Assembly: GCA_036172245.1 (NCBI GenBank)
Contig: JAYWIR010000006.1
Coordinates: 1,178,001-1,242,000 of the forward strand
Source: Raillietiella orientalis
Lineage: Eukaryota
Length of the DNA: 64,000 nt
Direction: 5' to 3'
Positions 63,666-64,000 of this stretch are shown here, one piece after another. How positions within the stretch are numbered: the stretch's first letter is position 1; each line of letters opens with the position of its first letter. The notes under the pieces were generated by a model. That model worked only from the letters and a program-made list of their open reading frames with translations, ran no database searches and was not told the DNA's origin. Position numbers and translations under genes: made by a program.

Positions 63666-64000
63666 ATATATATATGTATGTATCTATCTATATATATATA
63701 TATAAGATTGAATATATATATAGTAAAGCAGAGTGGAGAAAGGAGGCTGTAAAATTAGCCCAATAATCAAGGCAGATGCCCTTGTCCAGCATTACCATGG
63801 CACTAAATTGTCACCGGGCTACATGAAAACATGGATACAACTGAACCACATGCACTCCCCATTTGCTTCTTGTATGAGGGCAACCTTATTGGTATCACTG
63901 AGTCATCAGGCTATCCTTTTTTTTATCTTCATCATCACTGGACGTTAAATGATTTGGGGGGTGAGAATGGGGAACAGATGGTGTTACAGTGTGCCAAGCT

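Noticed and set aside
41743..64000. Antisense-strand zinc-finger exons as in mod(mdg4)
   Set aside because: None found by eye or in the ORF track, so there is no direct sequence evidence for trans-splicing. An HMM scan of the minus strand is still advisable.
1..64000. CRISPR arrays, tRNA or rRNA genes, prokaryotic operons, intact transposons
   Set aside because: The sequence is intron-containing eukaryotic DNA; no repeat-spacer arrays, cloverleafs, rRNA motifs, or transposase/RT ORFs were seen.

Overview
This is eukaryotic genomic DNA with spliceosomal GT-AG introns, almost certainly arthropod, based on the Tramtrack-type BTB gene. Many introns are very short (45-60 nt), and base and CpG composition is strongly mosaic. 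Supported genes, left to right: the 3' part of a kazrin-like triple-SAM gene (+), an unidentified spliced coiled-coil gene (+), an intronless METTL6-type tRNA m3C methyltransferase (+), mitochondrial ribosomal protein L47 (+), a RING-H2 E3 ligase (-), and a Tramtrack/Broad/Lola-group BTB gene (+). The main finding is the BTB locus. Six common exons end at one phase-1 donor (41742), and at least four phase-1 terminal zinc-finger exons follow over about 17 kb (42278, 53575, 55780, 58687), forming a lola/broad/mod(mdg4)-style cassette of swappable DNA-binding domains. Three of these exons encode an unusual C2H2+C2HC finger pair. Two are duplicates that share an identical 26-nt splice-acceptor segment. 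An AATAAA lies 40 nt behind the common donor, and a CpG-poor to CpG-rich switch separates the proximal exon from the distal ones. Regions ~8.8-15.5 kb and ~22.9-27.3 kb could not be resolved. No tRNA, rRNA, CRISPR array or intact transposon was recognised. All exon models were read by eye and have no transcript support.
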